This document shows, piece after piece, positions 1-11,306 of a stretch of 64,000 bases of DNA. This stretch comes from an uncultured Spirochaetota bacterium. Lineage in GTDB: Bacteria; Spirochaetota; Spirochaetia; SZUA-6; Fen-1364. The stretch is from NCBI GenBank assembly GCA_963845325.1, contig CAWJRT010000001.1, positions 59,598 to 123,597 of the forward strand, given 5' to 3'. Numbering within the stretch: the stretch's first letter is position 1; each line of letters begins with the position of its first letter. Below the pieces are notes generated by a model. The model did not search any database. It was not told where the DNA came from and saw only the letters and a program-made list of their open reading frames with translations. Both the position numbers and the translations under genes were made by a program.

Positions 1-2188
1 GGACGGGATCGTGTCCAGTCCTGCCTCGTAGACAGCCCTGCTCGACCAGGGGGAGAGGCGGACAGAGAAGCCCAGCCGGGTGAAAACGGTGAACCAGAAC
101 GGGTAGTCTTCGTACATGTTGAGAACCCGCGGAATGCCTACGACACCCCGCGGGGCGCGTGCCGCCTCCAGGGGCTCGTAGTCGAACACGCGTTTGAGCT
201 TCCACGAGAAGAGATTCGGCAGGTCCGGTGCCGCGTCCTTTTGCGTCCCGTCCCGCGCCGCGCCGCGCTCGCACCTGTTGCCGGAGATGAATGTCCGCGA
301 ATCCGAGAAGCTGGTCACCGTGAGGTGGCAGTGGTTCGCGCACCGGGGGCAGCGCCGCGACGTCGTGTCGGTGGTGAGGCGCTCCAGCTCGTCCAGCCCC
401 AGCAGCGTGCTTTCAGGGCCGGCTTCTGTGGCGTCCTCACGGGCGCGGAGGGCCGCGCCGAAGGCTCCCATCAGCCCCGGAACATCCGGTCTCACCACCT
501 CGCGTTCGGATACCAGCTCGAACGCCCTCAGGACTGCGTCATTTGCAAACGTTCCGCCCTGTACCACCACCCGGGACCCAAGCTGGGCCGGGTCGCGGAG
601 CCGAATGACTTTCTGCAGGGCATTTCTGATCACGGAGTACGAGAGCCCGGCGGAGATGTCTCCCACCGTGGCTCCCTCTTTCTGAGCCTGCTTGACCCGT
701 GAGTTCATGAACACCGTGCAGCGTGAGCCAAGGTCCACGGGCGCGCGGGCTTCCCGGGCCTCATTCGTGAACTCCTCCATCGAAAGGCCCAGCGAGTGCG
801 CGAAGGTCTCGAGAAATGAGCCGCATCCCGAGGAACAGGCTTCGTTGAGGAGCACGGAGGAGATCGACGCCCTCCCGGACCCGGAGGAACTTCATGTCCT
901 GGCCGCCGATGTCCAGGATGGCGTCCACCCCCGGGAGGAAGCTCGCAGCGGCCGCGTAGTGGGCGATCGTCTCTACTTCACCCATGTCCATGCGAAGAGC
1001 GGCCCCGACGAAAGCCTCGCCATAACCGGTGGCGCACGACCGCGCGATCCACGCGTCTGGCGGCATGGCCCGCCTGAGGTCATGCACCATGCGAAGGGCA
1101 AGCTGGAGGGGGCGGCCGCCGTTGCCTTCGTACGCGGACCAGGCCAGGGCGCCGGAGGAATCCACGAGTGCCGCCTTTGTGGTCGTGGACCCGGCGTCGA
1201 TGCCCAGGAAGCACGGTCCGCTGAGCGATGCCAGATCGGTCCGCCGCACGCATGCACGCCCGTGGCGGGAACGGAAGGCATCTTCTTCGCCGTCGCGGAA
1301 CAGAGGCCGAAGTCTTTCCACTTCCGGAGTCGGCGCGTGGCAGAGGCCGCGGGTCCGGTCCCGCAGCTCACGGAGGGGACATTGCGGGGATTCGCCCGCG
1401 GCCAGCGCCGCTCCAATGGCCACAAAGATCTCCGCATGTTCCGGTACGCGCACAGCGTCCGGGGCCAGGCCAAGGGTGCTTTCGAACAGCCGGCGCGTTT
1501 CCGGGAGGAAATGCAGCGGACCTCCGAGAAACGCCACGGTCCCTCGGATTGGCTTGCCGCACGCCAGCCCGGAAATCGTCTGGTTCACGACAGCCTGGAG
1601 GATGCTTGCCGCAATGTCCTCTCTCCGAGCGCCCTCGTTGATGAGCGGCTGCACGTCGGTCTTGGCGAACACCCCGCAGCGCGCGGCAATGGGGTAGATG
1701 GTCTGCCGCCCGCGGGCGAGCTCGTTCAGTCCTGCCGCGTCGGTGGAAAGCAGGGCGGCCATCTGGTCGATGAAGGCGCCCGTGCCGCCCGCGCAGGTGC
1801 CGTTCATCCGCTGCTCAAGCCCGCCGGTAAAGTACGTGATCTTCGCGTCCTCTCCGCCGAGCTCAATGGCGACATCAGTGTCGGGAATGAATCTCTGCAC
1901 CGCGCGAGAGCCGGCCAGCACTTCCTGGACGAAGGGCAGACCCAGCCAGTGCGACACCGAGAGGCCGCCCGAGCCGGTAACCGAGGCCCGGATGCGCACT
2001 CCGGGCTCGTTCGCCTGGAGGGCTTCGCCGGCGGCTTCCATGACCGCGACAAGCGTGCCGCGGATGTCTGCCCGGTGTCTCTCGTACGTGTGGAAAACCA
2101 GCCTGTCGTCCGCGTCAAGCACGGCGAGCTTCACTGTCGTGGAGCCTACGTCGATGCCTGCGCGGAAGGTCGCGGCAACAGCGCTCAC
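1..2188 (-). CDS. BadF/BadG/BcrA/BcrD-type double ATPase (acyl-CoA dehydratase activase-like) fused to a dehydratase-like C-terminal region. The C-terminal end runs off the window; one apparent frameshift near 870-885.
   Basis: The 475-aa ORF 761..2188 contains two actin-fold ATPase modules ([10 protein letters not shown] and [10 protein letters not shown]; GGQDMK). After a -1/+1 shift near 875 the conserved continuation [22 protein letters not shown]...GGTFANDAV...CANHCHLT... reads through to position 1. Confidence 0.8.
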
Positions 2189-2799
2189 GACGCGGCGGGC
2201 TCCTTCAGCCAGTAGTCTCTTCCGCCGCCCTCACGATCCATCAACCCCATCTCCACGAGGCGGCGGCGGAGCGTTGCCGTGTCGTCACTGTACCGGAGGA
2301 GGATCTCGTTCACCTTTTTCTCGCTGTAGCGCGTGCCGGGGCGGAAATCCCGGAGGACATGCCGGAGAAGGACGAGAAACTTCTTCTCCTGGACGGGAAA
2401 CGCGGTGAACCGCCCGTCCGGGCCCGTGAAAGTCGCGAGCACCTTCCTGTCAAAAGAGTCGTGGTCAACCCCGGCAGCGAGCTGGGGAAGCTGATCCTCT
2501 TTGAGCAGCCGACGGGCCATCGCGGCAAGCGCGTCCTGGTGCAGGGAGTAGATGCTGTAGTGGCCGTCGGTGCGCGCGCTGACGAGCCCCGCCGCGGCCA
2601 GCCGCGCGAGGTGGTGCGAGATGGTCGACTCCCCGAGTCCGAGCATGGCGGAGAGCTGTTCCACGGGGTACGGCTTCTGCGCGAGCAGCCCCACGATCTT
2701 CAGCCGGCTGGGATCCGCCATTGCGCGGAAAAAGCCCAGGAGCTCTTCGCCCGCAGGCGTCTCTCCCCCGGGCTCATTGGAATTCAATTTGATTGGCAT
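2185..2799 (-). CDS. ArsR-family HTH regulator with a C-terminal DUF2087-like domain
   Basis: ORF 2185..2838. The motif FRAMADPSRLKIVGLL...VEQLSAMLGLGESTISHHLARL is a typical ArsR wHTH. The start is placed at the internal Met (MPIKL). A 4-nt overlap with the downstream activase gene suggests an operon. Confidence 0.75.
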   Translation of the reverse strand: MPIKLNSNEPGGETPAGEELLGFFRAMADPSRLKIVGLLAQKPYPVEQLSAMLGLGESTISHHLARLAAAGLVSARTDGHYSIYSLHQDALAAMARRLLKEDQLPQLAAGVDHDSFDRKVLATFTGPDGRFTAFPVQEKKFLVLLRHVLRDFRPGTRYSEKKVNEILLRYSDDTATLRRRLVEMGLMDREGGGRDYWLKEPAAS

Positions 2800-2848
2800 G
2801 GAAATGATTCTATACACATCGAATTGATTGTCAAGCATATTTTGGCCC

Positions 2849-3784
2849 TTGACGGACGGGGTACTTCGGCTCGCAGAGCATCCACTGCGATGAGTGCAGC
2901 GTGGCCCATCACAAGGACGGGCGCACGGTGTACTCGCACAGTGTCATGCTGGCCGCTGTGGTGGCCCCGAACCTGCCCCATGTCATTCCGCTGCAACAGA
3001 GTTGATCCGTCCGCAGGATGGCACGGACAAGCAGGACTGCGAGCAGCGGGCCGCACGGCGATGGCTGGCGCAGGTAGCTCCCCAGTACAGCGACCTGGAT
3101 ATCACCCTGCTGGGCGATGCTCTGTATGCCACGCAGCCGCTGATCCAGGAGGTCCTGGATGCGGAGATGGGCTACTTGTTCACTGCCAAAGAGGACTCCC
3201 ATCGGTATCTGTACGAGGAAATCGCATCATTAGAGAAGCTTGGCGAGGTACACCTCTTGGAACGCAAACGGTGGACAGGGCGCAAGCACCAGACCTGGCG
3301 CTACCGTTGGGCAAACGCGGTACGGCTTCGAAACTCTGATGACTCCCTGAACGTCAACTGGGTCGAGTTGAGTATCAGCGACGAGGATGGAAAGAGGACC
3401 TTCCACACCGCCTTCATCGGCAGTCATCTGGTGAGCGAGGAAAACGTCGAAGAATTAGTGCAAGCGGCCCGCACGCGTTGGAAGATCGAGAACGAAGATA
3501 TCAACACCCTGAAGACTAAGGGCTATCACTTCGAGCACAGCTTCGGCCACGGCAAGCTGTTCCTTGCTCAGACGTTGTTGTCGCTGAACCTGCTGGCATT
3601 CCTCTTTCACACAGTACTGGAACTGCTGGACCGACGCTGTGCCCTCATCCGCGCCACGCTGCCTCGCCGCGATACCTTCTTCCAGCACGTGGGAGTCCTG
3701 ACCCAATACATGTGCTTCGAGGGTTGGCAACAGCTGATGCTGTTCATGCTGGAAGGGCTGAAGCTCACCGATCCCGACGGATAG
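2849..3784 (+). mobile_element. Degraded DDE transposase gene (IS4-superfamily, possibly ISKra4-like). The N-terminal portion is missing and at least 2 frameshifts are present.
   Basis: ORF 2894..3784 carries RWKIENEDINTLKTKGYHFEHSFGHGK. Upstream fragments (YFGSQSIHCDEC..., HVIPLQ / ELIRPQDGTDKQDCE) lie in other frames, with shifts near 2860 and 2995. No full-length N-terminus and no inverted repeats were found. GC content looks lower than in the flanks. Confidence 0.7.
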
Positions 3785-4187
3785 ACCGTCACGCTCATCG
3801 AAAGGGAATCCCGACTCAGAGCCCATTTCAGCCAAGGCCCACGCAACAGGCATGCGCAAAACATCCACGATTCTTCCTCACTTGAGATGCCCCTTTCCCT
3901 GACAAGGGCCCGCTGTCAGTCCCATCCGTTCCCTACGGCGTTCCCCATGACAAATTGGGCGGGGCTTCCCCACGTCGACTATGGGTGGATTGGTTCCAGC
4001 AAGTCAAACTGAGAACTGCTGAGCGGGATGTGGCTTGGCTTGCGGTGAAGGATGTTACCTCAGGCTCGGGGGATCCCGGGACTGTGGGCATTCCCGTCCC
4101 GCTTGACGGACACGGGCCGCCGGTGCAGGCTCAGTCTTACCTTGATCGTCTATGCCAAAGACAGTCTATGCTCGAACTGGAGCCGCC

Positions 4188-5060
4188 ATGTGTGACCACT
4201 GCATGAAGCACGGATCCGGGGGCAAATGGTACCTCAACGCGAGCCGCCTACTCGGAGGAGGTCGCCCGCAAGTACAACCTGCGCGAGTTTCTCCTGGAGC
4301 AGTACAGGAACTTCGAGCAGATCTCCGTCCGCAAGGTGGCCGGCATCAGCCCAGCGGGAATGGACCGGGTCTTTCGCATGCCCATCATCGGCAGGCTGGT
4401 GAAGCGTTCCGCGGAGAAGCTCCTGCACAGCACGCGGCCGCCGCGCAATCCGTTCCGCCCCGAGGGACACATCGGGCAGGTGGTGCCCCTGGAGGATGGC
4501 GTTGCAATACTGCTGAAGTGCGCGGCCGAGCCGATCATCGAGAAGAACTGCATGTGCCGCTACATGACGCGCGGCTTCAAGGAATCCTGCTGCATCAATT
4601 TCGGCGTGATGTCGGAGATCATCGACAAGCTGCCGCGATTCATCCCGGAAAAGGACAAGTACCACCTCACCCGGGCGGAGGCCGTGCGGCGGTTCACCGA
4701 GCACAACCAGAAGGGATACATCGGCACGATCTGGTACGGCCCCTATCCCGTACATCAACAACCTCTGCTCGTGCGAGTCCCCCGAATGCGCGGGCATCCG
4801 CCCCCGCGTGGACTTCGGGATCATGTCCATCCACAAGGCGGAGTACGTGGCGCGCCTGCACGACGGTCTCTGCCGCGGCTGCCGGCAGTGCGTTGCCCGC
4901 TGCCCCTTCAAGGCCATCCCGTGGACCGCGCCACCGGCTGTGCCCGGGTGGATGCCAGCCGCCTGCTATGGCTGCGGCGTCTGCCGCCACGTCTGCGACA
5001 CGGGCGCGCTGTTCCTCGTTCCCCGTGACACGGTTGCCGGGCTGCAAGGGAAAGTACTGA
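4188..5060 (+). CDS. Cys-rich Fe-S (4Fe-4S ferredoxin-domain) protein of unknown function, frame broken at about 4245 and about 4750
   Basis: Three ORF-track frames join into one protein. The pieces are MCDHCMKHGSGGKWYLNASRY | SEEVARKYNLREFLLEQY...CMCRYMTRGFKESCCINFG... | YINNLCSCESPECAGIR...CRGCRQCVARCP...CYGCGVCRHVC. The last piece carries two CxxCxxCxxxCP-like motifs. Confidence 0.6.
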   Translation: MCDHCMKHGSGGKWYLNASRLLGGGRPQVQPARVSPGAVQELRADLRPQGGRHQPSGNGPGLSHAHHRQAGEAFRGEAPAQHAAAAQSVPPRGTHRAGGAPGGWRCNTAEVRGRADHREELHVPLHDARLQGILLHQFRRDVGDHRQAAAIHPGKGQVPPHPGGGRAAVHRAQPEGIHRHDLVRPLSRTSTTSARASPPNARASAPAWTSGSCPSTRRSTWRACTTVSAAAAGSALPAAPSRPSRGPRHRLCPGGCQPPAMAAASAATSATRARCSSFPVTRLPGCKGKY

Positions 5061-5062
5061 GA

Positions 5063-5318
5063 GTGCGGCTGGCCACGGATCGCCATCGACTATGCAGCTC
5101 TGCGGGGACGGCACCGGGGTGGACCCGCGCGCGTGCTGCAAGTGTCTCCGGGCCTGCGACCCTGCCGTGTTCCTGCTCCACCAGACTTTCGGGGCGCAGG
5201 AGGCGGATCCCTGCGATCCGCAAGCTGTGGCGCATGACTGTCATGTGGCCGACGCTGTGCACGAGCGTGCATGAAGTGCGTGCAGGCCTGCCCGCCGCAC
5301 GCGGTGAGCGTGAGGTGA
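5063..5318 (+). CDS. Small ferredoxin-like Cys-rich protein, multiply frameshifted
   Basis: Fragments spread over three frames: IAIDY..., CCKCLRACDPAVFLLHQTFGAQEADPCDP, LWRMTVMWPTLCTS and CMKCVQACPPHAVSVR-stop. The boundaries are approximate. Confidence 0.4.
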
Positions 5319-5325
5319 GCGTGAG

Positions 5326-6327
5326 ATGAAGGGTCTCGGTCCCTGCCTCGTCATCGGCGGCGCCGGGCATGCTCGGCTTCGAGATCGTGCGCCAGCTTCG
5401 TCGCCGCGGGCACCCCCGTGCGGGTGCTCGACCTCCAGCCGCTCCCCGAGCGTCCGGAAGGCGACGTGGATGCACGGATCGGGGACATCCGCCGCCGCGA
5501 AGACGTCCTGGGCGCCTGCGACGGAATGGACGTGGTCTTCCAGACGGCGGCCGCGGTGTGGAACGTCCGGACGCCGAAAGGCCTGTACGACGAGGTCAAC
5601 GTCGGGGGCAACGCGAACGTGCTGGACGCGTGCCGCCGCCGCGGCGTGCGGCGCCTGGTCTACACCAGCTCCATGGACGTCGTGGTGGACGGCAGGAAGC
5701 CCATCGTGGACGGGGATGAGTCTCTGCCGTACCCGCCCGTGATGCCCCGGGATGACTACAGCCGCACCAAGATCATCGCGGAGAAAATGATCCTCGGCTC
5801 ATCCGGACCTGAGCTTGCCACGTGCGCCCTTCGGCCGGTGGGAATGTACGGCCCCCGTGACCGCTACCATCTCGGGACGATCATCGGGATGGCGCGAAAT
5901 GGCGTCTCCCTGCGGCTGGGCAACGGGTCTGCGCGGTTCAGCCACGCCTACTCGGAAAACGTTGCACACGCGCACGTGCTTGCCGCCCGACGTCTGGAGC
6001 CTGGATCCGTGGCTGACGGGCAGGCGTACTTCATCGGTGATCATTTTCCCGCGGACAACCTCTTCGATTTCATGGAGCGCTACCTGCGGGCGCTCGACCT
6101 GCCGCGTGCCCCGCCGTTCGATCCCGTACCCGCTGGCGTACTGGCTGGCCGCCGTCGCGGAGATCGTTGCGCCTTTTTCCAATTTCAACCGGTTCGCCGT
6201 GATACAGACCTGCGTGGACCACACCTTCGTGCATCGAAAAGCCGAGCGCGACCTGGGATACCACCCGATCGTCTCCCGCGAAGAGGCTTTCCAGCGCAGC
6301 CTTGCGTGGCTGCGCGATTCCGCGTAA
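5326..6327 (+). CDS. NAD-dependent epimerase/dehydratase, 3-beta-hydroxysteroid dehydrogenase/isomerase-like. Frame broken near 5368, 5400 and 6100.
   Basis: A Rossmann start VIGGAGMLGFEIVRQL is split over three frames. The body reads VVFQTAAAVW...LVYTSSMDVV...YSRTKIIAEK (YxxxK). The C-terminus (IPYPLAYWLAAVAEIV...ERDLGYHP) lies in the frame of ORF 5815..6327. Confidence 0.75.
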
Positions 6328-6338
6328 TACTCGCGTGC

Positions 6339-7542
6339 ATGCAGATCTCAAGCGCCTCGATCCGCAGCCTTGCGGGGGAATTCCGTGACGCCGCGGCAGA
6401 AACCCTTTCCACAATCGTAAGAATCCCCTCCTTCAGCGGCAAGGAGGAGGCGGTTTGCCGGAAGATCGCTTCTCTCTGCACGGACGCCGGCTTCGACGAG
6501 GTACGCTTCGACGGCCTGGGCAGCGTGATCGCCCGGGTGGGGAAGGGGCCGCGGAAGCTCGCATTCGATGCGCACATCGACACCGTCGGGGTGGGAGATC
6601 CGTCGCGGTGGACTACCGACCCCTTCTCGGGCATCGTGCGCGACGGCCTGGTGCTCGGCCGGGGCACCGCGGACCAGAAGGGCGGGGCCGCCTCAATGAT
6701 CACAGCGGGAAGGATCCTGAAGACACTGGGGTACGACGGTGACTTCAGCGTGTATTTCACCTTCACCGTTCTCGAAGAGGACTGCGACGGCCTGTGCTGG
6801 CTGTACCTCATCGAGAAGGAAGGCCTGAAGCCCGAGTACGCGGTTTCCACGGAGCCGACGAGCTGCCGGCTGTACCGCGGCCACCGTGGAAGGATGGAGA
6901 TCGAGGCGATCATCCGCGGCGTCTCCGCGCACGGCAGCGCCCCCGAGAGGGGACAGAGCGCAGCGTACAAGGCAGCCCGTGCCGCGCTGGCCATGGAGAA
7001 GATGAACGAGCGGCTTGCCGTTGACGAGTTCCTCGGCAAGGGAACCGTCGTCGTTTCGAAGATCGACGTGCACGGGCCAAGCCAGTGCGCCGTCCCGGAC
7101 CAGGGGATGCTGTACCTTGATCGGCGGCTCACCTGGGGAGAAACCGCGGAGCAGGCCCTCGCGCAGGTGCGGGAATCCATGGGCGCCGGACGCCGAAAAG
7201 GTGTCGATGCCATGGTATGACGGCAAGGGATGGAACGGCGCCAGCTACGGACAGGACCTGTACTTCCCCACGTGGAAGATTGCCGAGGATCATCCCCTCG
7301 TTGCCGGCGGGAAGGCGGCCTATCAGGCCCTGAACGGCAGGCTGCCCGAGGTCGGCAAGTGGACTTTCAGCACCAACTGCGTGGCCATCTGCGGGAAGCA
7401 CGGCATTCCCTGCATCGGGTTCGGCCCGGGCGATGAGGACAAGGCTCATGCCCCGAACGAGCATACTCGAATCGATGATCTGGTAACGGCCGCTGCGTTC
7501 TATGCTTTGCTTCCCCTCACCCTGGAAGAGAAGAAAGCCTGA
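6339..7542 (+). CDS. ygeY: YgeY-type M20 family metallohydrolase, one frameshift near 7180
   Basis: M20 motifs are present: LAFDAHIDTVGVGD, GRGTADQKGG, LEEDCDG. The C-terminal part (VSMPWYDGKGWNG...FSTNCVAICGKHGIPCIGFGPGDEDKAHAPNEH) is in the frame of ORF 7015..7542. Overall it resembles E. coli YgeY, from memory. Confidence 0.75.
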
Positions 7543-7596
7543 AAGGCCCAAGCACAAGGATCATGCGGTGACCCACACTGTGTCAGAGCGCCGCCG

Positions 7597-8122
7597 GTGA
7601 TCAAGCCGCCCGCCGCCCGGGAGCTCCTGCCCCGGATCCTGGAACAATACAGGCTGGACCCCGAAGGCATCCATGGCGTGCCGCACTGGGGGAGGGTGCT
7701 CGAAAATGGCCGGCGCCTTTCCGCCGTTACCGGGGCTGACGCTGCCGTCATCGAGATGTTTTCAATCTTCCACGATGCCTGCAGACGGAGCGACGGGTGG
7801 GATCCCGGACCATGGGCCGCGGGCGGCGGCGCTGGCGTGGCGATTGCGGGAGCTCACCGGTCTTGATGATGGGCAGCTGTCGGAGCTTGTCGGCGCGTGC
7901 GACAGCCATACCGTCGGTCCCGAGGAAGACGCGGACATCACCGTGCTCACCTGCCTCGATGCGGACCGGCTGGACATCCCCCGCGTTGGAATGCGGATCA
8001 GGCCCGATCTGTTGCTCACGGGCGCCGGGAGAAGTCCGGAAATGCTTTCGTGGGCGGGAGAACGGGCAGCGAGCCGCACCCTGCCCGCTATCTGCGCCGA
8101 CGAGTGGGACTGGCGTCCCTGA
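7597..8122 (+). CDS. Small HD-domain-like protein of unknown function, frameshift near 7807
   Basis: GIHGVPHWGRVLENG...FSIFHDACRRSDGWDP | DHGPRAAALAWRL...LDADRLDIPRVG, joined from ORFs 7597..7866 and 7673..8122. GTG start. Confidence 0.5.
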
Positions 8123-8147
8123 ACCGCACGGTTTGAGATTGCCAGGA

Positions 8148-9006
8148 ATGGTCACTATACTTGTCATTGAATTGAAGCGCACAGCGAGGGTCCCCGCAGG
8201 CATCGGCATCATCCTTCTCGTTCTTGCTTTGTCGCTCACCGGCTGCGCGACGTTTGCGGAGATGGGCCAGGGCGATTTTCCACCCTGGGATTCGCCGGAG
8301 CCGCGGCAGGCCGACGAGCAGGCGCCGTACCGCGGCACGGGAGCAGATCGCCCAGCCGCTGACAGCGGACGAAAAGGCGGTCATCGCGTCTGCGCAAACG
8401 CTCATCGGGAGGGCGCCGGAATCGGTCGTAGAGGTCAACGGCCGGACATTCATCCTGGACTGCATCGGCACGGTGAGCGCGATCTTCTATGGAATGGATA
8501 TCGACGTGCAGAGGGACTTTCCCCGCTACCGGGGCGACGGCGTGGGCAGGCTCTACCGGAGCCTCGCGGCCCTGAACGTGCTCCACAGGGACCTGTACCC
8601 GCGCGCCGGTGACATCATTTTCTGGGACAACACCTGGGATGCAAACGGAGACGGAATGCTCGACGATGATCCCCGGACGCACGCGGGGGTCGTCCTGTCG
8701 GTGGACGCGGACGGCACGATTCACTATGTCCACGAGCACATCGTGAAGGGCGTGACCGTCGAGGCGATGAACCTCCTCCATCCCCGCGACTATTACGATC
8801 CGCAGGGGCGCATCATCAACAACGCCATGGCGATGAACTCGGGTGTCAGCCGAAGGAACAATCCTCCGCACTGGACGTCCGGAGACTTGTGGGACAGCTT
8901 CGGCGATATCCTTCGCGTGCAGGACCATTTTGCGGTTGCCGCCGCTCCACCGGGCTCCGAACGCCCGGCGGAAGTCGGGCTCGCGGTGAGACCCCCCTAT
9001 CCGTGA
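8148..9006 (+). CDS. Lipoprotein with an NlpC/P60- or CHAP-like C-terminal domain, frameshift near 8335
   Basis: A signal peptide plus lipobox (GIGIILLVLALSLTGC) lies in the frame of ORF 7797..8612. The mature domain (LDCIGTVSAIFYG...GDIIFWDNTWD...HAGVVLSV) lies in ORF 8224..9006. Confidence 0.6.
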
Positions 9007-9755
9007 TAGACGCGCCCGGCTCGGAGTTGACGGTGCGCCGGCTCCTCACCGCCTCACGGCGGCTCGGGCGCGAGGCCGAGGCACTCCGATTCGAGCCGCC
9101 CGTCAGCTGCGTCTACAATCCGCTGGTCTATGCGCGTGGATGTCATGAAATGTATCTTGCGCGGTACGCGGCAGGACCGAAGCGCGTCGTCTTCCTCGGC
9201 ATGAACCCGGGACCCTGGGGCATGACCCAGACGGGAGTGCCATTCGGCGAGATCTCTTCCGCCAGGGACTGGCTTGGGATCCTCGGGAAGGTCCGTGCCC
9301 CGGCTCACGCGCACCCGCGGGTCCCGGTGAGCGGGTTCGACTGCGCCCGCAGCGAGGTAAGCGGGAAGCGTCTCTGGGGTCTCTTTCGGGATGTGTTCGG
9401 CACTGCGGAGAGATTTGCGCGGGACTCCTTCGTCTCCAACTACTGCCCGTTGATGTTTCTGGACGCCGCCGGGCGGAACCTGACGCCTGACCACATCTGC
9501 CGTTCGGACCAGGCAGGCCTTTTTGCCGTCTGCGACCGGTTCCTTTCGGATGTGATTGACGCGCTGCGCCCGCACTGGCTTGTCGGCATTGGGCTTTTTG
9601 CCGAACGCCGCCTGCGGGCCGTTCTGGAAAGGACGGGCAGGGGAGACGTGCGGGTGATGTCAATCATTCACCCCAGCCCTGCCAACCCGAGGGCGCAGAA
9701 GAACTGGGCTGGGCAGGCGGCGGCAGCTCTCAGGAAAGAGGGAGTCTGGAAATAG
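9003..9755 (+). CDS. SMUG1-type (family 3) uracil-DNA glycosylase
   Basis: GMNPGPWGMTQTGVPFG and HPSPANP motifs. The GTG start overlaps the upstream stop codon. Confidence 0.8.
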   Translation: MIDAPGSELTVRRLLTASRRLGREAEALRFEPPVSCVYNPLVYARGCHEMYLARYAAGPKRVVFLGMNPGPWGMTQTGVPFGEISSARDWLGILGKVRAPAHAHPRVPVSGFDCARSEVSGKRLWGLFRDVFGTAERFARDSFVSNYCPLMFLDAAGRNLTPDHICRSDQAGLFAVCDRFLSDVIDALRPHWLVGIGLFAERRLRAVLERTGRGDVRVMSIIHPSPANPRAQKNWAGQAAAALRKEGVWK

Positions 9756-9821
9756 CTGGACGCGCTTTGCCGATCCCTGCCACCCGCAGTACCTTGGTCG
9801 TACACCATTGGGGAGGTTTAC

Positions 9822-11291
9822 GTGGAGAGAAAAGTGCACGTGACGCCGTCGGGCCGCACGCTGGTCACGCTGATTCCGGGAGACGGGATTGGCCAGGAGG
9901 TCAGCGACGCGGCGCGCCGCATCGTGGAGGCCGCGGGTGCCCGGGTGGAATGGGAGGAACGTCAGGCCGGGGCAAGCGTCTTCAAGAAGGGCATCGCATC
10001 CGGCGTTCCCCACGAGACTCTGGAGTCCATCAGGAAGACGCGCGTCGTCATGAAGGGACCCCTGGAGACACCGGTTGGGTTCGGTGAAAAGAGCGCAAAC
10101 GTCACCCTCCGGAAGCTCTTCGAGACGTACGGCAACATCAGGCCGGTTCGCGAGTTTCCCGGCGTGCGCACACCGTACTCGGGCAGGGGCATCGACCTCG
10201 TCATCGTGCGGGAGAACGTGGAAGACCTCTATGCGGGCATCGAGCACATGCAGACGCCCGGGGTGGCCCAGTGCCTGAAGCTCATATCGCGCAAGGGCAG
10301 CGAAAAGATCATCCGGCTTGCCTTCGAGGTGGCACTCGCCGAGGGCAGGAAGCGCGTGCACTGCGCCACGAAGGCCAACATCATGAAGCTGACCGAAGGC
10401 ATGATGAAGCGCACGTTCGAGGAAGTGGCCAAAGAGTACCCGCAGATCGAATCGCAGCACATCATCGTGGACAACTGCGCCCACCAGCTCGTGAAGAAGC
10501 CCGAGCAGTTCGACGTGATCGTCACGACGAACATGAACGGCGACATCCTGAGTGATCTCACCTCTGCGCTGATCGGCGGGCTGGGATTCGCGCCGTCGGC
10601 CAACATCGGAGCGGACGTTGCAATCTTCGAGGCGGTCCACGGCTCGGCGCCGAAGTACGCGGGAAAGAACGTGATCAACCCGACCGCCATGATCCTCTCC
10701 GCCGCGCTCATGCTCCGTCACATCAACGAGATGTCCGCGGCAGTGGCAGTTGAGCAGGGGGTCCTCGCCGCGCTGGAAGACGGTGTGCTCACCCGCGATG
10801 TCGTGGGTGATACCGGAGCGGTTTCCACGACCGCGTTCACCGAGGCGGTCATCGCGAGGCTGGGCAGGAAGCCGAAGCAGGCGAAGGTGCGGGAGTACCG
10901 CACCCTGACGCTTCCGTCAGTGTCCTCCGATCCTGACTTCGTGAAGCCATCCAGGCGCCGCGTCGTGGGCGTGGACGTGTTCGTCGAGTCAACGCTGCCC
11001 GTGGAACAGCTGGGCAGGAGCGTCAGCGAGATCGTCACGGGAAGCCCGGTGGAGCTGAAGATGGTGGACAGCCGCGGCACCAAGATCTACCCCTCTACGG
11101 GCACGATCACGGACACGGTGGACCACTTCCGCTGCAGGCTCATGCAGCGCGAGCCCTCGGGAGACCTGGGAGAGGCCCAGATCATCGATATTCTTTCGCG
11201 TGTCGGTGCGAAGCACCGCTGGATGCACGTGGAGAAGCTCAACGAGTTCGACGGCGTCCCGGGATTCACCCGGGCGCAAGGCGAGGACTGA
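9822..11291 (+). CDS. icd: Isocitrate dehydrogenase (isopropylmalate/isocitrate dehydrogenase fold) with a roughly 140-aa C-terminal extension
   Basis: Intact 489-aa ORF with LIPGDGIGQEV, NVTLRKLFETYGNIRPV, IVRENVEDLY and NMNGDILSDL. Confidence 0.9.
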   Translation: MERKVHVTPSGRTLVTLIPGDGIGQEVSDAARRIVEAAGARVEWEERQAGASVFKKGIASGVPHETLESIRKTRVVMKGPLETPVGFGEKSANVTLRKLFETYGNIRPVREFPGVRTPYSGRGIDLVIVRENVEDLYAGIEHMQTPGVAQCLKLISRKGSEKIIRLAFEVALAEGRKRVHCATKANIMKLTEGMMKRTFEEVAKEYPQIESQHIIVDNCAHQLVKKPEQFDVIVTTNMNGDILSDLTSALIGGLGFAPSANIGADVAIFEAVHGSAPKYAGKNVINPTAMILSAALMLRHINEMSAAVAVEQGVLAALEDGVLTRDVVGDTGAVSTTAFTEAVIARLGRKPKQAKVREYRTLTLPSVSSDPDFVKPSRRRVVGVDVFVESTLPVEQLGRSVSEIVTGSPVELKMVDSRGTKIYPSTGTITDTVDHFRCRLMQREPSGDLGEAQIIDILSRVGAKHRWMHVEKLNEFDGVPGFTRAQGED

Positions 11292-11306
11292 GGGCGGAGG
11301 TGGACC

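Noticed and set aside
194-2408. Plus-strand ORFs 194-685, 241-702, 692-2215 and 1698-2408
   Set aside because: They are shadow frames opposite the activase gene, with Arg/Ala/Pro-rich translations and no recognisable domains.
3955-4206. 83-aa ORF between the IS relic and the Fe-S gene
   Set aside because: No motif or Shine-Dalgarno sequence is present, and it overlaps the better-supported MCDHC start at 4188.
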